Virus record (IMG/VR): IMGVR_UViG_3300020029_000029
Coordinates: 1 to 6,134 of that record
Direction: 5' to 3' (one strand)
From: a virus
Length of the DNA stretch: 6,134 nucleotides
The notes under the pieces are model-generated. The model did not search any database, was not told where the DNA came from, and was given only the letters and a program-made list of their open reading frames with translations. The position numbers and the translations under genes are program-made. Numbering within the stretch: position 1 is the first letter of the stretch; each line of letters starts with the position of its first letter. Positions 1-3,714 of this stretch are shown piece after piece.

Positions 1-121
1 CATCAACAATATGGAGCATCTTCTGTTGCTTCGATTACTCCGAATGTAACTGGTAGGCTTACGTTATCTAATTTCTCTACTGTTGGAACTTCTCCTGCTA
101 CTGCGAGCGGTGTGGCTACTA
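1..121. repeat. Terminal direct repeat, copy A: exact duplicate of 6014..6134, the overlap left by linearising a circular genome
   Basis: Read by eye, bases 1..121 (catcaacaatatggagcatc...gcggtgtggctacta) are identical to 6014..6134. The offset is 6013 nt, which is the unit genome length and typical for Microviridae. Confidence 0.97.
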
Positions 122-966
122 AAAATTTGCCTTCGTTTGATACTGTTGGCGACCTCTCTGTTTTGGTTCTTCGTCAAGCTGAATTCTTACAAAAATGGAA
201 AGAAATTACTCAATCAGGTAATAAGGACTATAGAGATCAGTTAGAGAAACACTGGGGTGTTTCCGTTGGTGATGGTTTTTCTGAATTATGTACCTATCTT
301 GGTGGTGTTTCTTCTTCTATTGATATTAATGAGGTTGTTAATACTAATATTACTGGAAGTGCTGCTGCTGATATTGCTGGTAAAGGTGTTGGTGTTGCAA
401 ATGGTGAGATTAATTTTAATAGTAACGGCCGTTATGGTTTGATTATGTGTATTTACCATTGTTTGCCGTTGTTGGATTATACGACTGATATGATTGACCC
501 CGCTCTGCTTAAAGTTAATGCTACTGATTATGCTATTCCCGAGTTTGATCGTGTTGGCATGCAGCCTATGCCTTTGGTACAACTCATGAATCCGTTACAA
601 TCGGTTGCAAATGCTTCAAGTTTGGTTCTTGGTTATGTTCCTCGTTATATTGATTATAAAACATCAGTAGACCAGTCTGTTGGCGGTTTTAAGCGTACTT
701 TAAATTCTTGGGTTATATCTTATAGTAATCAATCTGTTGTGAATCAAGTTACACTTCCTGATGATGCTCCACCTGTTGAGCCGTCTGAGCCTGTTCCTTC
801 TGTTGCTCCTATGAACTTTACATTTTTTAAAGTTAACCCTAATTGCCTTAACCCTATTTTTGCGGTTGAAGTTGATAGTTATATGAACACAGACCAGTTT
901 TTGTGTAGTTCATTTTTTGATGTTAAAGCTGTCCGTAATCTTGATACTGATGGTTTACCTTATTAA
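1..966 (+). CDS. VP1: Major capsid protein VP1 (phiX174 F-like), C-terminal 321 codons plus stop. The 5' part lies at 5240..6013 on the circle.
   Basis: The frame is open from base 1 (cat caa caa tat gga...) to TAA at 964..966. Base 1 equals base 6014, which is a first codon position of the ORF starting at 5240. The GTG start at 112 in the ORF track is therefore an artefact of the window edge. Codons are strongly T-ending, as in the other phage genes. Confidence 0.93.
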   Translation, partial: HQQYGASSVASITPNVTGRLTLSNFSTVGTSPATASGVATKNLPSFDTVGDLSVLVLRQAEFLQKWKEITQSGNKDYRDQLEKHWGVSVGDGFSELCTYLGGVSSSIDINEVVNTNITGSAAADIAGKGVGVANGEINFNSNGRYGLIMCIYHCLPLLDYTTDMIDPALLKVNATDYAIPEFDRVGMQPMPLVQLMNPLQSVANASSLVLGYVPRYIDYKTSVDQSVGGFKRTLNSWVISYSNQSVVNQVTLPDDAPPVEPSEPVPSVAPMNFTFFKVNPNCLNPIFAVEVDSYMNTDQFLCSSFFDVKAVRNLDTDGLPY

Positions 967-983
967 CTTAAAATTTATTTATT

Positions 984-1463
984 ATGTGGTGTACGAAACG
1001 ACGTGTTGAGCCTTATGTAGATAGTTCTCAACCTAATAATGTTAATTCTGCCGTATTGTCAGGCAGTGAATTTGTAGAGCCTTCTCCTCTTCATAATTTC
1101 ATGTTTCAGGAAATAGAGTGTGACGGTAAAAAGTCTATTCGTGTTACTTCTGATATTTATATGCTATTTAACCAGCAACGTTTAGACAAGCTTACACGCG
1201 CACAACTTGTTGAATATTTTGACAGTTTGTCTGTTTCCGAGCCTAAAATGTCAGATTTGCGGAAAAAGATGACTGATGATCAGTTATGTTCATTCGTTAA
1301 ATCAAGGTTTATTCAGACGCCGAGTGAGTTAATGGCTTGGTCTCAGTATCTTATGAGCTCTCAGGATGCAATGATTGCTGCCGCTGCTGCTGATGCTGTT
1401 GTTGCTGATAATTCTGCGGCTAATGTTGCTACTGATAACTCTGCTACTACTGTTGCTGAGTAA
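984..1463 (+). CDS. Hypothetical 159-aa protein directly downstream of the capsid gene. By position it may be an internal scaffolding-type protein, but function is not established.
   Basis: ATG at 984 lies 17 nt after the VP1 stop, and the stop is TAA at 1461..1463. It shares the T-ending codon bias of VP1/VP2 (gct, gtt, tct, cgt). It is followed by a terminator-like hairpin. I recognise no catalytic motif. The C-terminus is an Ala/Asp/Asn/Thr low-complexity tail. Confidence 0.75.
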   Translation: MWCTKRRVEPYVDSSQPNNVNSAVLSGSEFVEPSPLHNFMFQEIECDGKKSIRVTSDIYMLFNQQRLDKLTRAQLVEYFDSLSVSEPKMSDLRKKMTDDQLCSFVKSRFIQTPSELMAWSQYLMSSQDAMIAAAAADAVVADNSAANVATDNSATTVAE

Positions 1464-1494
1464 TTATTTCCCCTCGGTTATGGTCTTCAGTTTT

Positions 1495-1537
1495 AAAATA
1501 AAAAAGAGCCTGCGAGCAGTCTCCCCTTTTATTTTTT
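1495..1537 (+). terminator. Terminator-like hairpin flanked by an A-tract and a T-tract (bidirectional-terminator shape)
   Basis: aaaataaaa (1495..1503) is the exact reverse complement of ttttatttt (1527..1535). The inner stem pairs gag/ctc (1506..1508 with 1521..1523) and ctg/cag (1510..1512 with 1517..1519) around the loop cgag. A T-run follows to 1537. The stem has an aa/ccc internal loop and one c/t mismatch, so confidence is only moderate. Confidence 0.45.
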
Positions 1538-1553
1538 AACCTAAACCTTAACT

Positions 1554-1594
1554 GGGGGGTCCCCTTTTAAGGGGGGGCTCCAGGGCTATGCCCT
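1554..1594 (+). other. G/C-rich structured element: G6 and G7 runs plus two short hairpins. Candidate ssDNA cis element.
   Basis: G6 lies at 1554..1559. The pairing cccctt/aagggg (1561..1566 with 1569..1574) gives a 5-bp stem with a tetraloop. G7 lies at 1571..1577. The hairpin agggc-tat-gccct spans 1582..1594. The 10-nt direct repeat tccccttta occurs as tcccctttta at 1522..1531 and 1560..1569. All of this sits in otherwise AT-rich noncoding DNA. Confidence 0.6.
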
Positions 1595-1603
1595 ATGAAA
1601 TAA

Positions 1604-1611
1604 TACCTTTG
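1604..1611 (+). promoter_or_regulatory. Candidate Bacteroides-type promoter -7 box (TAccTTTG) upstream of VP2
   Basis: It matches the TAnnTTTG -7 consensus described for Bacteroides promoters and lies 39 nt upstream of the VP2 ATG. No clear TTTG -33 element sits at the expected spacing. The 8-mer also occurs by chance inside VP1. Confidence 0.35.
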
Positions 1612-1649
1612 AAATATAAAGTTATGTGTAATTATAAAAATATTGAATT

Positions 1650-2741
1650 ATGGGTGCTGCTGCTATGACTGGCATAGTCGGTTCTGCTATTGGTGCAGGT
1701 TCTTCCCTTATTGGTGGTGCTTCTACTACTGCTATGCAGAATAAAGCTAATAAGGAAATTGCTCAGATGAACAATGCTTTTAATGAGAAAATGTTTGATA
1801 AACAGATTGCTTATAATAAGGAAATGTATCAGACACAGTTAGGTGACCAGTGGAAATTCTATGATGACCAAAAAGCGAATGCATGGAAATTGTATGAGGA
1901 TAATAAGGCTTATCAGACTGAAATGTGGAATAAGACGAACGAGTATAATGACCCGTCTGCCCAGCGTGAACGTTTGGAAGCTGCTGGCTTGAATCCTTAT
2001 ATGATGATGAACGGCGGTTCTGCTGGTGTTGCTGGTTCTGTATCAGGAACACAAGGTTCTGCCCCGTCTGCTGGTTCTCCCAGTGCACAAGGTGTTCAAC
2101 CGCCTACCGCTACTCCTTATTCTGCTGATTATTCAGGTGTTATGCAAGGTCTTGGACATGCAATTGATACGATTATGACAGGTTCACAGCGTAATATTCA
2201 GAACGCTCAAGCCGATAATCTTCGTATTGAAGGTAAGTATATTGCAAGTAAGGCAATTGCGGAATTGTATAAGACTTATAATGAAGCTAAGAATGATGAT
2301 GAACGTGTTGCTATCCAGCGTGTTCTCTCTTCTATTCAGAAAGACCTCTCTGCATCGCAGGTTGCTGTTAATAATGAGAATGTTCGTCAAATACAGGCAC
2401 AAACGAGAATTGCTGTTACTGAAAATTTGATACGTGAACAGGAACTTAAGTTCTTGCCTCAGTCGCAAAAGTTACAGTTAGCACAAGGTGCTGCCGATAT
2501 TGCATTGAAGTATGCACAAAAGAATCTTACTGAGAAACAAGCTCGACATGAAGTTGAAAAGCTTGCTGAAACTGTTGTTCGTGCTAATGGACAGGCCATG
2601 CAAAATCAATTTGATGCAGAGACTTATCGTAATCGTGTGAAGACTGTCGAAGAAACTTTATGGAATATTATGCATGAGGCTGGACATCTTACTGGTCTGA
2701 CTAATATTATTGGTCGTGTTATTCGTCCCGCTTATGAATAA
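1650..2741 (+). CDS. VP2: VP2 minor capsid / DNA pilot protein (phiX174 H-like), 363 aa
   Basis: The architecture is typical of microvirus VP2. There is a Gly/Ala/Ser-rich hydrophobic N-terminus (GAAAMTGIVGSAIGAGSSLIGGAS) and a conserved-looking AQRERLEAAGLNPYMMM segment. A Gly/Ser/Ala/Pro linker follows, then a long heptad-like helical C-terminal half. The gene position is between the capsid block and rep. Confidence 0.88.
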   Translation: MGAAAMTGIVGSAIGAGSSLIGGASTTAMQNKANKEIAQMNNAFNEKMFDKQIAYNKEMYQTQLGDQWKFYDDQKANAWKLYEDNKAYQTEMWNKTNEYNDPSAQRERLEAAGLNPYMMMNGGSAGVAGSVSGTQGSAPSAGSPSAQGVQPPTATPYSADYSGVMQGLGHAIDTIMTGSQRNIQNAQADNLRIEGKYIASKAIAELYKTYNEAKNDDERVAIQRVLSSIQKDLSASQVAVNNENVRQIQAQTRIAVTENLIREQELKFLPQSQKLQLAQGAADIALKYAQKNLTEKQARHEVEKLAETVVRANGQAMQNQFDAETYRNRVKTVEETLWNIMHEAGHLTGLTNIIGRVIRPAYE

Positions 2742-2746
2742 TTTTA

Positions 2747-2754
2747 TATATTTG
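2747..2754 (+). promoter_or_regulatory. Candidate Bacteroides-type -7 box (TAtaTTTG) upstream of the 39-aa membrane ORF
   Basis: It matches TAnnTTTG in the 34-nt VP2/ORF39 spacer, and 21 nt separate it from the ATG at 2776. The 11-mer tatatttgtgt (2747..2757) recurs exactly at 3275..3285 upstream of another small ORF. Both ORFs start in the context tagttATGa. There is no clear -33 TTTG. Confidence 0.45.
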
Positions 2755-2775
2755 TGTAACCAAATATATTTAGTT

Positions 2776-2895
2776 ATGAAATGTTTGTTTTTATTAGGAT
2801 TTCTTCCTGTTGGCACTGAATGGATTATTATTACTCTTCTTTTGTTTATAATTTACTTTGTAATTTATAAAGCTATTCGTAATTTATTTAAGTGA
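2776..2895 (+). CDS. Small hydrophobic membrane protein, 39 aa (MKCLFLLGFLPVGTEWIIITLLLFIIYFVIYKAIRNLFK)
   Basis: I prefer the ATG at 2776 over the upstream start at 2710, which overlaps the VP2 tail. The protein has one clear transmembrane stretch (WIIITLLLFIIYFVIY) and a basic C-terminus (KAIRNLFK). Codon bias is T-ending like the core genes. It is bracketed by a promoter-like box and a hairpin plus T-run. The ORF is short, so coding status is not certain. Confidence 0.55.
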   Translation: MKCLFLLGFLPVGTEWIIITLLLFIIYFVIYKAIRNLFK

Positions 2896-2915
2896 AACCT
2901 AAGTCATTTTCCCGA

Positions 2916-2958
2916 AGGGCAGCCGATTAATGAATATTTCGGCTGTCTTCTTTTCTTG
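2916..2958 (+). terminator. Rho-independent-type terminator after the 39-aa ORF
   Basis: The stem cagccga (2920..2926) pairs with tcggctg (2939..2945). G-U, G-C and A-U pairs extend it out to 2916/2949. The loop is 12 nt (ttaatgaatatt). A T-rich run (cttcttttctt) follows. Confidence 0.6.
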
Positions 2959-2998
2959 TCCTATTATACGAAAAATGACAGGATAAAAATCTTTACAT

Positions 2999-3199
2999 AT
3001 GAATTACTCTATACAATGGTGTCCTGTACCCTTTCATGATTTAATGGAAATATTTGATTTCCTGTCCTCTCTATCTGTTGTGCGGTTATATCAGTTTGAC
3101 GGATTGTACATATTATTGAATGGTTTTCCTATTATGCAGCTTATTATTGCTTATGTTAATGGTTTATATCATATAACTTATCGTTCTGTATGTTTCTAA
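2999..3199 (+). CDS. Hypothetical 66-aa protein (ORFan)
   Basis: It runs from ATG at 2999 to TAA at 3199. Third codon positions are mostly T, consistent with the phage coding pattern. It lies between the 2916..2958 terminator and the next promoter-like box, and I see no promoter motif of its own. I recognise no motif in the protein. Confidence 0.35.
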   Translation: MNYSIQWCPVPFHDLMEIFDFLSSLSVVRLYQFDGLYILLNGFPIMQLIIAYVNGLYHITYRSVCF

Positions 3200-3274
3200 A
3201 TGTTAGTTATAAGTGTAAAGTGTTATTTTATATTAAACATTTCATGATATTATAGAATTTACAAAAATGATTTT

Positions 3275-3282
3275 TATATTTG
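3275..3282 (+). promoter_or_regulatory. Candidate Bacteroides-type -7 box (TAtaTTTG) heading the ORF64a-ORF64b-VP4 block
   Basis: It matches TAnnTTTG in a 106-nt AT-rich spacer, and 23 nt separate it from the ATG at 3306. The extended 11-mer tatatttgtgt is identical to 2747..2757. The downstream genes are tightly packed (gaps of 17 nt and 2 nt), suggesting one transcript. Confidence 0.45.
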
Positions 3283-3305
3283 TGTCGTAGTCAATTATTA
3301 TAGTT

Positions 3306-3500
3306 ATGAGAAAATCTTCTTCAAAGCGTGTTGCACTTAAGTATCGTAGAGTGATTATTCATTTTTTTTCTCTCTATGACGGTCGTGTTCATCGTAAGAT
3401 ATTTAAGGATTGTACTCTGTTTGAGGCATTGACTGTTTTTTATGCTATGTCTGAGCTTCGTTGTTGGACTTGTGTAGATTATTATTGTATTAAGTATTAA
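3306..3500 (+). CDS. Hypothetical 64-aa basic, Cys-containing protein (ORFan)
   Basis: It runs from ATG at 3306 to TAA at 3500. Seven of the first 15 residues are Lys/Arg (MRKSSSKRVALKYRR). Cys residues are at positions 36, 53, 56 and 61 (CWTC motif) and His at 19 and 29. It uses cgt Arg codons and T-ending codons like the core genes. Confidence 0.5.
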   Translation: MRKSSSKRVALKYRRVIIHFFSLYDGRVHRKIFKDCTLFEALTVFYAMSELRCWTCVDYYCIKY

Positions 3501-3517
3501 CTTTTAATTTTATTGCT

Positions 3518-3712
3518 ATGGATAAAGAAAAAATTTACAAGACAATCGAGATTGTAGTCAAAGCGGTTGTAGCTATTGCAGCCGTTTGGCTATGTGTATC
3601 ATGCACTATGAGTATGAGCATTAGTAAGAATAATACTAATAGTAATCAGTCTACTGAGCAATCACAAGCTACTTCTGTTGATTCTACTACTGTTGATTTA
3701 AATTATAAGTGA
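3518..3712 (+). CDS. Small N-terminally anchored membrane or lipoprotein-like protein, 64 aa, with a Ser/Thr/Asn/Gln-rich tail
   Basis: It starts at ATG 3518. A charged N-region (MDKEKIYK) is followed by a hydrophobic core (IEIVVKAVVAIAAVWLCV) and then SC, a weak lipobox-like V-S-C. The tail is polar (NNTNSNQSTEQSQATSVDSTTV). The TGA stop at 3710..3712 lies 2 nt before the VP4 ATG, suggesting translational coupling. Confidence 0.55.
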   Translation: MDKEKIYKTIEIVVKAVVAIAAVWLCVSCTMSMSISKNNTNSNQSTEQSQATSVDSTTVDLNYK

Positions 3713-3714
3713 TT

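Noticed and set aside
112-966. A 284-aa ORF with a GTG start, listed in the track as an independent gene
   Set aside because: The frame is open upstream to base 1 and is continuous, via the 121-nt circular overlap, with the ORF starting at ATG 5240. It is the C-terminal part of VP1, not a separate gene.
361-1394. A shared 12-mer gctgctgctgat (361..372 and 1383..1394) and similar GCT/ACT-rich strings in VP2 and ORF64b, which might suggest dispersed repeats
   Set aside because: They are runs of the preferred Ala/Thr/Asp codons (gct, act, gat). This is codon-level low complexity rather than mobile or regulatory repeats.
2710-2775. An upstream extension of the small membrane ORF (61-aa version starting at 2710)
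   Set aside because: The extension overlaps the last 32 nt of VP2 and would start upstream of the promoter-like box at 2747. The ATG at 2776 gives a compact 39-aa ORF in the same tagttATGa context as ORF64a.
3198-3242. A 7-bp AT-rich inverted repeat (aaatgtt 3198..3204 with aacattt 3236..3242), and the aaaaat-g-attttt palindrome at 3262..3274 in the ORF66-ORF64a spacer
   Set aside because: The arms are short and purely A/T. One has a 31-nt loop and the other a 1-nt spacer. Both are easily produced by chance in AT-rich DNA and neither would fold stably.
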